A stretch of DNA of 64,000 nt from Alphaproteobacteria bacterium (GTDB lineage Bacteria; Pseudomonadota; Alphaproteobacteria; Rs-D84): the NCBI GenBank assembly GCA_024402765.1, contig JAKSTC010000001.1:3170-67169 (forward strand). The letters run 5' to 3'. How positions within the stretch are numbered: position 1 is the first letter of the stretch; each line of letters begins with the position of its first letter. Position numbers and translations under genes: made by a program. Below the pieces are notes generated by a model. It was given only the letters and a program-made list of their open reading frames with translations, made no database searches and was not told where the DNA came from. Positions 29,983 through 40,893 of this stretch are shown piece after piece.

Positions 29983-30005
29983 GAACGCCCATTTGGGCGT
30001 TTTTT
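29983..30005. terminator. Bidirectional terminator (aacgcccatttgggcgtt), copy 2
   Basis: Identical hairpin to the one at 20290, lying between pgsA and dnaJ. Confidence 0.6.
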
Positions 30006-31154
30006 TTAAAACCAACCCTTCTTTGCAGGTTTTGTATCGGCAAATTCAGATAGTATTTTTTTCTGTTTATCGGTCAGTTTTGTTGGCACCCGCATGGCGA
30101 CTTCGATATATAAATCACCATATGAACCAACCCTACGCGCATTTGGCATACCATGAGAGCGCACACGCAGACGGTCGCCAACCTGGGTCCCGGACGATAC
30201 ATTTACAGATAATTTTTTGGAATCTATCGTTTCAATTTCTATTTCGCCCCCCAGCGCAAGTGTTGTAAACGGCACATCCACGCGCATAATCAAATCATTA
30301 CCGTCGCGTTCAAAACGTTTATTTGGGCGAACACGCACATCGATATAGAAATCGCCTGACGGCGCCCCGTTTTGTCCGGCCTCACCCTGACCCGACAGGC
30401 GCAGACGCGTTCCATCTTCGACACCTGCTGGAATCTTTACTTCCAATGTGCGTTGTTTATTAATCGTGCCCGACCCATCACATTTTGAACACTTTTTATC
30501 AATTTTATGTCCCAACCCATTACATTCTGGGCATGGCATTTCAACCGCGAAAAATCCCTGGCGTCCTTGGACAACACCCGCGCCATGACAACGCGGACAA
30601 ACAGGGGCCTCTTTACCATCGCTTGTTCCAAAACCATGGCATTTATCACACTCTACATTACTGGAAAAATTAACAGTATGGATTGTGCCAAAGTAAGCAT
30701 CTTTTAAATCAATCGTTACAGAATCAAGCAAATCGCGACCGCGTTGCTGGCGCGCGCGTCCGCCGCCCATATCAGCACCAAAGCCACCAAAACCGAAACC
30801 GCGCATTGCCTCACGCAAAATATCTTCCATGCCGGCACCGCCACCCATATCAAAATGGAAACCACCCGCCCCACCAAATGGATTGCCGCCGCCAAAGCCC
30901 GCACTTGCACCATTGCCGGCACCAAACGCAGCATCACCAAAACGGTCGTATGCCGCACGTTTTTGTGGGTCTTTTAGTATATCAAAGGCGTTATTGACTT
31001 CCTTGAACTTTTCTTCGGCATCTTTATCACCCGGATTTCTGTCGGGATGATATTTCATAACCAATTTATGATAGGCCTTTTTAATTTCGTCATCATTCGC
31101 GTTTTTTGCCACACCTAAAACTTCATAGGGATTTTTATTCATATCCATATCCAT
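30006..31154 (-). CDS. dnaJ: Chaperone DnaJ
   Basis: J domain with HPD, Gly-rich linker, four CxxCxGxG zinc-finger repeats. Confidence 0.9.
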   Translation of the reverse strand: MDMDMNKNPYEVLGVAKNANDDEIKKAYHKLVMKYHPDRNPGDKDAEEKFKEVNNAFDILKDPQKRAAYDRFGDAAFGAGNGASAGFGGGNPFGGAGGFHFDMGGGAGMEDILREAMRGFGFGGFGADMGGGRARQQRGRDLLDSVTIDLKDAYFGTIHTVNFSSNVECDKCHGFGTSDGKEAPVCPRCHGAGVVQGRQGFFAVEMPCPECNGLGHKIDKKCSKCDGSGTINKQRTLEVKIPAGVEDGTRLRLSGQGEAGQNGAPSGDFYIDVRVRPNKRFERDGNDLIMRVDVPFTTLALGGEIEIETIDSKKLSVNVSSGTQVGDRLRVRSHGMPNARRVGSYGDLYIEVAMRVPTKLTDKQKKILSEFADTKPAKKGWF

Positions 31155-31248
31155 TTAATTTCGTTGGTATATATATAAGACTATTATAACAAAAATCAAG
31201 GGCGACAATAAATCAGACTTGCAAAAAATTTCAGAATGTTCTAAAAAT

Positions 31249-33237
31249 ATGGATACTATGACAGAAAAAAACACAAATTCTTATGACGCGTCCGATATCC
31301 AGGTGCTTGAGGGGCTTGAACCCGTTCGTCTGCGTCCGGGTATGTATATTGGCGGAACTGACGAAAAGGCGTGGCACCACCTGCCTGTGGAAATTTTGGA
31401 TAATTCTATTGATGAAGCGGTTGCTGGTTTTGCCAAAAAGATAGATGTTAATTTAATCGACGCCAAAACAATTGAAATTACCGATGATGGTCGTGGTATT
31501 CCTGTTGATGAACATCCGAAATACCCGGGTAAGTCCGCGTTAGAGGTTATTTTGACAACCCTGCATTCTGGCGGAAAATTTAATAACAATGTTTATAAAA
31601 CCAGTGGTGGTCTGCATGGCGTGGGCAGTGCGGTTGTGAACGCCCTATCAAGTGAAATGATTGTTACCATTTCGCGCGATGGTTATGAATGGCACCAAAC
31701 TTTTTCGCGGGGCTTAACAACCAGTCCGATAACGCGCGGCAACCCAACCAAGAATCATGGAACGAAAATTCGTTTTACCCTGGATGATGAAATTTTTGGT
31801 GCATCTGCGGTATTTAAACCGATAAAGATTTATCGTATGGCGCGTGCCAAATCATTTTTGTCACGCGGAATCCGGGTTGAATGGACATGTAATCCAGAAT
31901 TATTAACCGAAGACATGAACATCCCTGCACAAAAAACATTTTATTATCCAAATGGTGTTGCAGATTTCTTGTCTGAAAAAACCGATTCAAAACCGCGTAT
32001 TTTTCCACGTATTTTCAGTGGGTCTGTTGATTTTCCTGATGACACTGGTCGCGTTGAATGGGCATTGACATTTTTAACCGATGAAAACGGTGCGGCATCT
32101 GATGATGGATTTTTCTCGTCATACTGTAACACGATTTCAACAATTGACGGCGGCACACACGAAAGTGGTTTTAAGTCCGCAATTACCAAGGGGATAAAGG
32201 CATACGGTGAAAAAACGAACAACAAATCTGCGGCAAACATAATTTCCGAAGATGTATTTGATTCTGCGGCGGCTATTGTTTCTGTATTTTATAAAACGCC
32301 ACAATTCTTGGGCCAGACCAAGGAAAAGTTATCAAATCCCGAAATTGCCCGCTATACTGAAAATGCCCTGCGTGATCCATGGGAAATGTTTTTGGCGTCT
32401 GACCCAAAAACCGCAAATGCATTGTTGGAATTTGTAAGCAACCTGGCAAATGCGCGTATTAAAACCAAACAGGTCAAAGATATTGCACGCAAAACCCCAA
32501 CAAAACGAATTCGTATGCCATCAAAATTGGCAGATTGTTCTAAACACGGTATAGAAGGAACAGAGTTGTTTATTGTTGAGGGGGAATCAGCAGGTGGAAC
32601 CGCAAAACAGGCACGCGACCGCGCGACTCAGGCGATTATGCCCCTGCGTGGTAAGGTGTTAAATGTTCTGTCAAATTCTGACGAACGCTTTAGTGAGAAT
32701 CGCGAATTAAATGATTTGATTGATATTATTGGTGCCGGCACAGCCAAAGATTGGGACGACAGCAAATTGCGTTATGAAAAAATTATCGTTATGACTGATG
32801 CTGATGTTGACGGTTCGCATATTGCATCATTGCTGATGGCATTTTTCTATCAGTATATGCCCCAGTTAATTTATGGTGGCCACCTGTATTTATCATGCCC
32901 GCCGTTGTATAAATTAACATGTGGGACCGAATCAATTTATGTTGATACCGATGAAGAACTGGAAGAATTAACCAATGGAAAATACAAAAATAAAAAGGTA
33001 GAAATTTCACGGTTTAAGGGTTTGGGTGAAATGATGCCGAATCAGTTAAAGGAAACAACCATGTCGCCCAAGACGCGCCGGCTGATTCGTGTTGATTTAC
33101 CCCCACGCACCGACGATGGATTTGAAGACACTGAAAAAACACGTACTATCGTAAATGAATTGATGGGTAAAAAACCAGAGTTTAGATTTAAGTTCATCAC
33201 TGAACACGCCCAATTTGTGAAAGATTTGTTTGTATAA
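31249..33237 (+). CDS. parE: Type IIA topoisomerase B subunit, most likely topoisomerase IV ParE (about 660 aa)
   Basis: GHKL ATPase and TOPRIM motifs (EGESAGG, PLRGKVLN). Its length is short for GyrB. Confidence 0.65.
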   Translation: MDTMTEKNTNSYDASDIQVLEGLEPVRLRPGMYIGGTDEKAWHHLPVEILDNSIDEAVAGFAKKIDVNLIDAKTIEITDDGRGIPVDEHPKYPGKSALEVILTTLHSGGKFNNNVYKTSGGLHGVGSAVVNALSSEMIVTISRDGYEWHQTFSRGLTTSPITRGNPTKNHGTKIRFTLDDEIFGASAVFKPIKIYRMARAKSFLSRGIRVEWTCNPELLTEDMNIPAQKTFYYPNGVADFLSEKTDSKPRIFPRIFSGSVDFPDDTGRVEWALTFLTDENGAASDDGFFSSYCNTISTIDGGTHESGFKSAITKGIKAYGEKTNNKSAANIISEDVFDSAAAIVSVFYKTPQFLGQTKEKLSNPEIARYTENALRDPWEMFLASDPKTANALLEFVSNLANARIKTKQVKDIARKTPTKRIRMPSKLADCSKHGIEGTELFIVEGESAGGTAKQARDRATQAIMPLRGKVLNVLSNSDERFSENRELNDLIDIIGAGTAKDWDDSKLRYEKIIVMTDADVDGSHIASLLMAFFYQYMPQLIYGGHLYLSCPPLYKLTCGTESIYVDTDEELEELTNGKYKNKKVEISRFKGLGEMMPNQLKETTMSPKTRRLIRVDLPPRTDDGFEDTEKTRTIVNELMGKKPEFRFKFITEHAQFVKDLFV

Positions 33238-33239
33238 AA

Positions 33240-33265
33240 AAATGCCCGAACGGGCATTTTTTATA
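33240..33265. terminator. Bidirectional terminator (atgcccgaacgggcat plus T-run)
   Basis: Hairpin between the convergent parE and 33266 genes. Confidence 0.6.
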
Positions 33266-34645
33266 TTATTGTAATCCGACCTGGAACTCATCGCCCCATG
33301 TTGCGACACTTTGACCACCAATCGAACATTTCAAATCTTCAAATCCATCTTCGACTTGATTCTTTTTGATAACGGTACTAGTTACAACACCACCAACGGT
33401 TCCCAACACTACACCTGCAATAGAATCAGATGCCAAACGCGCAGTATTAAACTTACCCTCTTCATCTTTCCATTCTGATGCCTTTTTTGCATATTTAGAT
33501 TCTAAAACTTTGATATCCTCATAAACTTTATCAATTTCTGCATTTTCGTATTGTGTGGAATCAATCTCAGGGTCAACGACAGGTGCAGTACCACCGTCTT
33601 TCTCAGGTTCAACGCCAGGTGCAGTACCACCGTCTTTTTCTTTACAATACGGCGTGTCTACACCACTATAAACAAACTCACCACCATTGTTACATACACA
33701 TTTGTTACTTTGCCATTTTGCAACACTTGACGGCACATCACAACATGCCTTACCCTCTGAGGTTGAACGTGACGCTTTACAAGTTGCCACAGGCACAGGA
33801 TCTGGAGTAACATTCCCATCTTTCTTACTACACGTCCCTGCACTGCCATCATACTTATAATCACTTTCACAAGCTTGCGCTTTACATACTAATTTTTGTC
33901 CATCTTCACATATAGCTTTGTAAGAAGTCCCATGTTCATCAGTTACTTTAACACTTTTGTTCTTACAATCTTCTTTAGAATAAGAGCCGTTCCCCATGTT
34001 ACCGACAGGTATATTTTCTCCCCACGGTGACTTACACACCTTAGGTTCAGTGGTAACACCACACTCGCTTAATTCAACCTCTTCCCATCTATCGTCATAA
34101 AACCCTGCCTTAGCAATACACTTATAACACTTTTGTTTATTAATTGTTTGACCCTTAAACACATGACCTGCCGGCATAAGTTGTTTTGTATTATCTGAAC
34201 AATATTGATTATCGCATTCCCATACTTCACCCCGTAAATCCTTATAAACCCTATCAGAAAATAAATTTATACCCCTATTAATATCTTCCCACGCTTCTAC
34301 TGAATACAAAAATTCATTATCTTTTGGTCCCTGAGCCGCTGTACGAGTATAGCTAACTGCGTGAATTCCACACCCTGTTCCAACATAATCATCAATGGCT
34401 TTTTCAACAACCGCAACAGGGGCCCATAATGGAGCAGTAGCATCAACTGCCACATAACCCGCCCCTTTTGCCACCACACCAGCAGCAACAACACCAGCCC
34501 CAGCCACAGTACCAACTGCAGTACCAACCCCAGAACCAATTGTAGAACCAACATTCTGCGCACCTTGAATAATTTTTTTAGATTCTATCCCCAGCGCATT
34601 TCCTGCAACAATCAATCCAATTAATACAAATAAAAATTTTTTCAT
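33266..34645 (-). CDS. Secreted cysteine-rich protein with internal tandem repeat (EKDGGTAPGVEP x2)
   Basis: Signal peptide, about 30 Cys residues, and two 36-nt direct repeats at 33565-33640. Confidence 0.5.
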   Translation of the reverse strand: MKKFLFVLIGLIVAGNALGIESKKIIQGAQNVGSTIGSGVGTAVGTVAGAGVVAAGVVAKGAGYVAVDATAPLWAPVAVVEKAIDDYVGTGCGIHAVSYTRTAAQGPKDNEFLYSVEAWEDINRGINLFSDRVYKDLRGEVWECDNQYCSDNTKQLMPAGHVFKGQTINKQKCYKCIAKAGFYDDRWEEVELSECGVTTEPKVCKSPWGENIPVGNMGNGSYSKEDCKNKSVKVTDEHGTSYKAICEDGQKLVCKAQACESDYKYDGSAGTCSKKDGNVTPDPVPVATCKASRSTSEGKACCDVPSSVAKWQSNKCVCNNGGEFVYSGVDTPYCKEKDGGTAPGVEPEKDGGTAPVVDPEIDSTQYENAEIDKVYEDIKVLESKYAKKASEWKDEEGKFNTARLASDSIAGVVLGTVGGVVTSTVIKKNQVEDGFEDLKCSIGGQSVATWGDEFQVGLQ

Positions 34646-34726
34646 AAAAAATCTCCTACATTATTTCTATGATATTTTATCACAAAAAACACTTTCTTCC
34701 AACAGTAAAAAACATTTATGAAAAAT

Positions 34727-35992
34727 TTATTTGCATTCAGATATCAATTGGCTTATTTGGGCATTTAAAACCAAATCAGACATTTTCTGTTTTTCAATCT
34801 GGCGAATTGCATACAAAACCGATGCATGATCACGACCACCAACATATTGACCAATTTCCGCCAACGATAATTGCGTAACATTTTTCAAAACAACCATCAT
34901 TATCTGGCGTGCGAATACCAATGCACGTGAACGACCGTTTCCACAAATTGCATCGTATGAAACACCCAACTTTTCACACATAGATTTAATCATAGAAATT
35001 GGTGTTTTGCTTTTCTGTAACATATCTGATAATAAACGTTGTGCAACATTTAAATCAACATCACAACCCATTAATTCAGAATATGTTTTGATTTTATTAA
35101 CCACCCCAGAAATCATATGACCATCGCCCGCGATATGATTCGCAATTTCATCAGCAACCGCATTTGACACACCACCACGAACCAACATTGTGCGTTTAAC
35201 AAATGCGTTTGGTGCAACAACATCCGCAACCAGGCCCGATGCCAATAATGATTGTGCGCGTCTGTCAAAGCCTGACAAATTGTTTGGTGCACAATTCGCA
35301 GTCAAAACGATATTTTTACCCGCACTGCGCAAATCCATAACCAACTGTAAAAATTCTTCGGTGGATGCGCGTTTACCGGACAAACCCTGAACATCGTCCA
35401 AAATAAACGTATCACAGTTGCGACAGAAATCTTTGAACGCAAAGATTGTATGATTTTGCAAACTGCGTGTGAATTCTGCAACAAATTGCGCGCCCGTCAT
35501 CATAACAACGCGTGACACAGATGAACGGATGCATTCCGCCAACAATGTTTTACCACATCCAGATGCACCATAAATAAACAGCGGGGAAAAAGTTACAGAC
35601 CCCGCCGCTATCTTTTTACATGCCGAAACGACAAACGCATTCTCGTCACATGTTACGAACGAATCGAACGCAACAGAATTTTCAAGCGTTGGCACCGGCG
35701 CATACGATTGAACATTATTATCATTTGCAATTGGGGTCGCTTTAACACCATGAACAACAACATTTAATTTCAAACCATATTCTGCACAAATATTTTTTAT
35801 CATTGCACCATATACAGAATTTATATAGTCCGCAGAAAACTGATTTTGTGCAACCAATGTCAAAACATTTTCAGAAATATTAAAATCCAAAGAAGAAATC
35901 CAAGAAGTATATTCAGCAGAACTAATTTTAGCGGCAATGGCCCCCTTGATTGTTTGAACGTCAATCGTTTGTGTTTTTGCCATCGCTTGCAT
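34727..35992 (-). CDS. dnaA: Chromosomal replication initiator DnaA
   Basis: AAA+ Walker A GASGCGKTLL, box FILDDVQ, and C-terminal DNA-binding RDHASVLYA. Confidence 0.8.
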   Translation of the reverse strand: MQAMAKTQTIDVQTIKGAIAAKISSAEYTSWISSLDFNISENVLTLVAQNQFSADYINSVYGAMIKNICAEYGLKLNVVVHGVKATPIANDNNVQSYAPVPTLENSVAFDSFVTCDENAFVVSACKKIAAGSVTFSPLFIYGASGCGKTLLAECIRSSVSRVVMMTGAQFVAEFTRSLQNHTIFAFKDFCRNCDTFILDDVQGLSGKRASTEEFLQLVMDLRSAGKNIVLTANCAPNNLSGFDRRAQSLLASGLVADVVAPNAFVKRTMLVRGGVSNAVADEIANHIAGDGHMISGVVNKIKTYSELMGCDVDLNVAQRLLSDMLQKSKTPISMIKSMCEKLGVSYDAICGNGRSRALVFARQIMMVVLKNVTQLSLAEIGQYVGGRDHASVLYAIRQIEKQKMSDLVLNAQISQLISECK

Positions 35993-36293
35993 TTCTTTTC
36001 TCCTTTCCTTCCTGTGTAAAGAGTTAGCCTGTGCAAGAGTATAAAAACCACCCTTACATAAACGCTAAATTTTACCTATCGATAAAATTAAGTGTTTATG
36101 TTGTTTTTCTACATTCACTCTCGCTGTTTGTGTATCACTTAATTACTGTTCCGATACGACAAATAATTTAGAAAATTTATTCACGTTTGCAACTAAATCT
36201 TAATCAAAATTTAAACATTTATTTTTTGACAAGATTTCATTTTTTGCCTTATTTTTCGCGGTTTGTATATACATTGTATTGACAACACATTAA

Positions 36294-37316
36294 CTATACA
36301 CGAACATATCCACCATTGTCTTTTCGCACCAAACCGCGTAATTCCAAGACTATTAAAATTTGTTTAATTTCCGAAACAGTTTTTTTGACAATTTGTGCCA
36401 ATACAGATTCGGACACCGGAATCATTCCTAATGCATCTAAAATTGCATTTTCCGATTCGTTTCCTTGCACTTTTTTTCTTATATTATTTTTTGTATTCGG
36501 TGCTTCAAAAAAGTCTGATAGCCCACAACATATTTTTGCATCACCCGATGCAATCAATGAATTTGGTCCAATACTGCGCGCATCCGACGGATGTGATGGT
36601 ATTGCATATACTGGACGATCATAGTTAAGCGCGAATCGCGCCGTTGCCATACTGCCTGATTTCATATCAGCCTCACCCAATATTAATGATTCGCAGATTC
36701 CTGCAACCCAATGATTGCGTTGAATAAAATTCGTTGTTTTTGGAATGTATCCAACGGGCATCTCACTAATAACCACACCACGTTCCAAAATTTCATAATA
36801 TAACTTTTCATTTTCCAACGGCCAAACATAGTCAACACCGCCCGCCAATACTGCAATCGTATTCGCATTTCCATCTGAACGCAACGCCCCCATATGCGCC
36901 GCAGTATCTGTTCCGATCGCCATGCCGGACGCAACTGCAAAACCATTATCAACAAAACCATTTGCCATATCCGCAACAAAGCCCATACCCGCCGCCGTTG
37001 CGTGCCGTGTTCCCACCATCGAAACGATTCGTTTTTTCAGTGTTTCTATATTTCCACGCGCACTTATTACCGGTGGATGATTTTTTATCAGCCGCAAATT
37101 TACCGGATACAATTCATCATCATCACATACATAATGTATATTTAATTCATTTGCCCTATCCATTTCACGCTTAATACTGTCGCGCAATTCGTCCGATGGA
37201 TTTAACGCATCAACCGCCGATTCTAACCCATTAAACTTTTTAATCAGCTCATTAAATTTAACAGGTCCAATTCCTGGGCTTCGCAACAACAATAATTTAT
37301 TAAGCAAATCATTCAT
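36294..37316 (-). CDS. dprA: DNA processing protein DprA (Smf)
   Basis: Rossmann-like DprA core (MVGTRHATAAG...TIAVLAGGVD) and C-terminal winged-helix region. Confidence 0.8.
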   Translation of the reverse strand: MNDLLNKLLLLRSPGIGPVKFNELIKKFNGLESAVDALNPSDELRDSIKREMDRANELNIHYVCDDDELYPVNLRLIKNHPPVISARGNIETLKKRIVSMVGTRHATAAGMGFVADMANGFVDNGFAVASGMAIGTDTAAHMGALRSDGNANTIAVLAGGVDYVWPLENEKLYYEILERGVVISEMPVGYIPKTTNFIQRNHWVAGICESLILGEADMKSGSMATARFALNYDRPVYAIPSHPSDARSIGPNSLIASGDAKICCGLSDFFEAPNTKNNIRKKVQGNESENAILDALGMIPVSESVLAQIVKKTVSEIKQILIVLELRGLVRKDNGGYVRV

Positions 37317-37396
37317 AATTCACAGTATAGAAATTATTCTTTTGGGTTTTCCATAAAAAAATCGCCCAACGGGCGATTTCTAACTAGGAACGAAAC

Positions 37397-38233
37397 TTAC
37401 TCTGCAGTTGCAAATTTTTCTGCGAGTTTATAATAATCACTCGTACACGGTGCCGGTTTTTCGCCAGTCATACTGTCACAACCTTTCTTTAACTGTTGTA
37501 GTTTATTTATAATAGTTTGATACTCCTCATTAGATTTTATACCCAATGCTTTAACCTGGGAATACAATAAATCAACACCATCTAAATTTTTCTGTCCCTC
37601 TAAACCAGACAACTTTTCATTTTTTGCCAATAACCTATTACCGAACAATTCCATCGCACCAACACCAATACCGGCACCACCAACCGCGCCACCAATTGTT
37701 CCCCATACGCGCGCCGACTTTTTGGCATCTAATATACGCGCCCGCATGGTATCTGCATTTGCCCACGAACCACATGTTATTGTTTTACCCCATTCAAAAT
37801 ACTTTGATGGAACATCCGACACAGAAATACGCGAATCGTCAGATTTCAAATCAACCTTTACAAAACAAACATTGTTTTCAGGATTATCTGTATCCTCTAC
37901 CATTGTTGCATAATTTGATGTATCGCTATACTTTGATGCCCAAACAAACGTGTTACCAACACCAATATTGTTATTAAGACATGCTGTGCGTTCTTTTTCA
38001 CGCATATCTTTTGGAACCGGCATTACAGATTCCGCCTGGGTAATTGGATTAATACCTGTAACAGATGGATTCATGGGTACAGCGCTACTGGCACTCATAA
38101 TAGAAGTACCCTGCATACGCACAGACCCCGTCATTTGACGTGCCGCATTTTGCACCGCACGACCACGATATTCTGCCCCAAATGCAGGCAACGCAACCAA
38201 ACAACCAATTAATAGATATACAATCTTTTTCAT
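37397..38233 (-). CDS. Secreted hypothetical protein
   Basis: Signal peptide MKKIVYLLIGCLVALPAFGA. No recognisable domain. Confidence 0.4.
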   Translation of the reverse strand: MKKIVYLLIGCLVALPAFGAEYRGRAVQNAARQMTGSVRMQGTSIMSASSAVPMNPSVTGINPITQAESVMPVPKDMREKERTACLNNNIGVGNTFVWASKYSDTSNYATMVEDTDNPENNVCFVKVDLKSDDSRISVSDVPSKYFEWGKTITCGSWANADTMRARILDAKKSARVWGTIGGAVGGAGIGVGAMELFGNRLLAKNEKLSGLEGQKNLDGVDLLYSQVKALGIKSNEEYQTIINKLQQLKKGCDSMTGEKPAPCTSDYYKLAEKFATAE

Positions 38234-38323
38234 TTATCCCCCCATTAACTTTGTTGTATATTATACCACAAATTGCATTAAAAACCAAGCAAATAAAAAA
38301 TGCACCGTTTGGTGCACCTTTAT

Positions 38324-38911
38324 TTATTTTTTCCAACGCCAGTCTATTTTGGACTCCGTTCCATTAATTAAACGCTTTATATTTTGATAATGACGCCACA
38401 GACATAACAAAGATATCGCCAAAAACGCAAAACCAATGGATGCCCCCAGCATAAATCCCAAAAGTGGTAAAATACAAAACACAACAACCGCACCCAGAGA
38501 AGAAAAACCAGAGAATAAGGCAACCAACAACCATTCAATACCACATATTATAAATGCCAATGGGCTAACCGCCAATACCGCACCAAACAAAGATGAAATA
38601 CCCTTGCCCCCCTTAAAACCCAACCACACAGGGTAACAATGACCAATAACCGCAACAAAACCACACCACGCAGCAAAACCATCACCACCGATTGTGCGCC
38701 CAATCCACACAGCAACAATCGCTTTTAACATATCCAACAACCATGTTAACCCGGCCAAACGCAATCCACCAACACGCATAACATTTGTTGCACCAATATT
38801 CCCAGAGCCAACTTTTCGAATATCACCCTTGCCTGCCAATCTTGTTAACAACAATCCCATCGGTACAGAGCCCAAGAGATACGCAGCAATTAAGCCTAAA
38901 ATATACATCAT
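38324..38911 (-). CDS. plsY: Glycerol-3-phosphate acyltransferase PlsY
   Basis: GSGNIGATN motif in a multi-TM protein. Confidence 0.85.
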   Translation of the reverse strand: MMYILGLIAAYLLGSVPMGLLLTRLAGKGDIRKVGSGNIGATNVMRVGGLRLAGLTWLLDMLKAIVAVWIGRTIGGDGFAAWCGFVAVIGHCYPVWLGFKGGKGISSLFGAVLAVSPLAFIICGIEWLLVALFSGFSSLGAVVVFCILPLLGFMLGASIGFAFLAISLLCLWRHYQNIKRLINGTESKIDWRWKK

Positions 38912-38984
38912 ATTATTTTTCCTTGATTTTATGTTTCTTTGCTATAGAATACCAGAAAGCAATAAAAAATAAAAGGAAAATAAA

Positions 38985-39245
38985 TTGGCAAATCATAAGT
39001 CATCTGACAAAAGAATTTTGGTCACAATCAAAAAGAATGCTATCAACACAGCGCGTCGCAGTGTTGTTAAAACAGAAACCAAAAAGGCATTAAATGCTAT
39101 CGCTTCTGGCGATAAAGCGGCTGCAACTGTTGCAGTTCGTAATGCAGAAAGCAAGATTATGAAATCTGCTGGTAAAATTATGCCAAAAAAACGTGCATCT
39201 CGCAAGGTTTCTCGTTTGGCAAAGCAAGCAGCAAAGATTGCTTAA
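38985..39245 (+). CDS. rpsT: 30S ribosomal protein S20
   Basis: 86 aa, basic, with the MANHKSSDKR N-terminus typical of S20. Confidence 0.85.
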   Translation: MANHKSSDKRILVTIKKNAINTARRSVVKTETKKALNAIASGDKAAATVAVRNAESKIMKSAGKIMPKKRASRKVSRLAKQAAKIA

Positions 39246-39261
39246 ATAAAAATTTTCTTTC

Positions 39262-39292
39262 GTTTGTAAAAACCGCCCATTTGGGCGGTTCT
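39262..39292. terminator. Rho-independent terminator (aaccgcccatttgggcggtt)
   Basis: Hairpin with T-rich tail after rpsT. Confidence 0.6.
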
Positions 39293-39316
39293 TGTTTGTA
39301 ACTAAAATTCAGCACA

Positions 39317-40867
39317 TTAATTTAATGGTGCACCCCAGTGTTGCTGAATCGAACGTTCTGAATCCATCGGGCTTATCAAAACCTGTGGTGTCAAGATAAC
39401 AACCAACACATCACGTTCCGATTCGGATTCACGCGAACCACCCAATGCCATAAAGTCTGCATCACCTAAACCATACCGTGTATCGTTATTCTTTTGTTTT
39501 TCAAACCCAGACACAACCAACATCTGGCCAGATTCCATAATAACTTCTTGCATAAAACTACGTTCTTCAACTTCTGGTAATTGCAACTGAACCGCACCAA
39601 TTGTTTGTGTTGACATCTTTATCAATTCACGAACAGACATTCTGAATAACAATAAAATCTTACCATTTTCCAAAACATTCGGTAACAACTGCATTGAAAA
39701 ACCGGTTTCCAAATCTGCCTGGTCAACGGTTGACGACTCGACCGTTGTAAAGTTACGCGATTCGAAACGTTTAATATAACCCGTAGTCGTTGTGTTATTA
39801 ACAGGCGCAACACGATTGTTACGTGTTGTAACACCAACATTTGTAACCAATGACACCTTGCCCTGCTTTGCCAATGCCTTAATTAATGCAGAACTGCCCG
39901 CGACATGTTCCAGCGACCCCGTTGCATCCTCTAACACTGCAACATTTAATGATGTGGCACCCGCAGACGCCATATTGTTACCCGGTGTCGAAGCAATAGA
40001 TAATCCAGATGCGGCATTAATAGCAGCCGTCAAATTCAAACCAAACCCAGAATTATTAGCAATAGAAACCTGTAACACCTTTACATCAATTGTCACAAGT
40101 TGTGACAAACGTTTGTTTTGTTTTTCAATATATTCACCAATACGTGCCAATATAGATGGCGATGCCGTAACGGTAATTGTTCCTAAACTGCGCGACACAG
40201 TAAAGTTAGCATTATCAGAACGGCCAATTATTGCAGAAATCGCATTTTCTATCTCTGTCCATTCCTTTAATGTAGATTCCAACGACACTTGATTATTGTC
40301 GTCTGTTTGAACTGCTGTTTGATATGAAATATCTGTACCCAACGCATACAGGGTAAATGTCCGCGTTTCTGTTTCATAAAAAACAATCGTATTCTTATCA
40401 TAATACCACAATAAATCTAAATCTGTGGCAACCTGAGACAACAGACCAGACAATTTACCAGTATATGCAATATTCATCGTCTTTTTTAATTTTTCTGTAT
40501 TAACCTGACTATCAATCTTAACCGGTATTCCTGTTACACTATTGATATTATTCGCCAACACCTGAATTGTTACCGGACTATCCATCAATATGGTAACACC
40601 AGTGTCCGTTTCAAATTGAGATGGCAGACTATTACGATGTTCCAAAACCGTAGATTTGTTTCCCAACCAAACCCCTTCGGACATAGAAACCGTATCACCA
40701 CTGGCAACCTTAGCACGTGGATTTTTTGCCATTTCGAACGCATCGTATGCATTAACAAAATCTTGATCTACGGTTGATGCCACCCGCGCAGAATTACGCG
40801 TAGCACAACCATTAAGTCCGCCACATACCGCCAAACATACAACAAATAATTTTAAGACATTTCTCAT
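39317..40867 (-). CDS. Secretin-family outer-membrane lipoprotein (type IVb pilus PilN/TcpC/BfpB-like)
   Basis: Lipobox LNGC. C-terminal secretin domain motifs (VTIDVKVLQVS..., ETGFSMQLLPNVLENGKILLLFRMSVRE). Confidence 0.55.
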   Translation of the reverse strand: MRNVLKLFVVCLAVCGGLNGCATRNSARVASTVDQDFVNAYDAFEMAKNPRAKVASGDTVSMSEGVWLGNKSTVLEHRNSLPSQFETDTGVTILMDSPVTIQVLANNINSVTGIPVKIDSQVNTEKLKKTMNIAYTGKLSGLLSQVATDLDLLWYYDKNTIVFYETETRTFTLYALGTDISYQTAVQTDDNNQVSLESTLKEWTEIENAISAIIGRSDNANFTVSRSLGTITVTASPSILARIGEYIEKQNKRLSQLVTIDVKVLQVSIANNSGFGLNLTAAINAASGLSIASTPGNNMASAGATSLNVAVLEDATGSLEHVAGSSALIKALAKQGKVSLVTNVGVTTRNNRVAPVNNTTTTGYIKRFESRNFTTVESSTVDQADLETGFSMQLLPNVLENGKILLLFRMSVRELIKMSTQTIGAVQLQLPEVEERSFMQEVIMESGQMLVVSGFEKQKNNDTRYGLGDADFMALGGSRESESERDVLVVILTPQVLISPMDSERSIQQHWGAPLN

Positions 40868-40893
40868 TTTAATCTCCTACTGGGGTTAAAAGA

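Noticed and set aside
35993-36293. Possible oriC / DnaA-box cluster upstream of dnaA
   Set aside because: The region is AT-rich, but I could not find convincing TTATCCACA/TGTGGATAA-type boxes by eye, and alphaproteobacterial origins are usually near hemE rather than dnaA.
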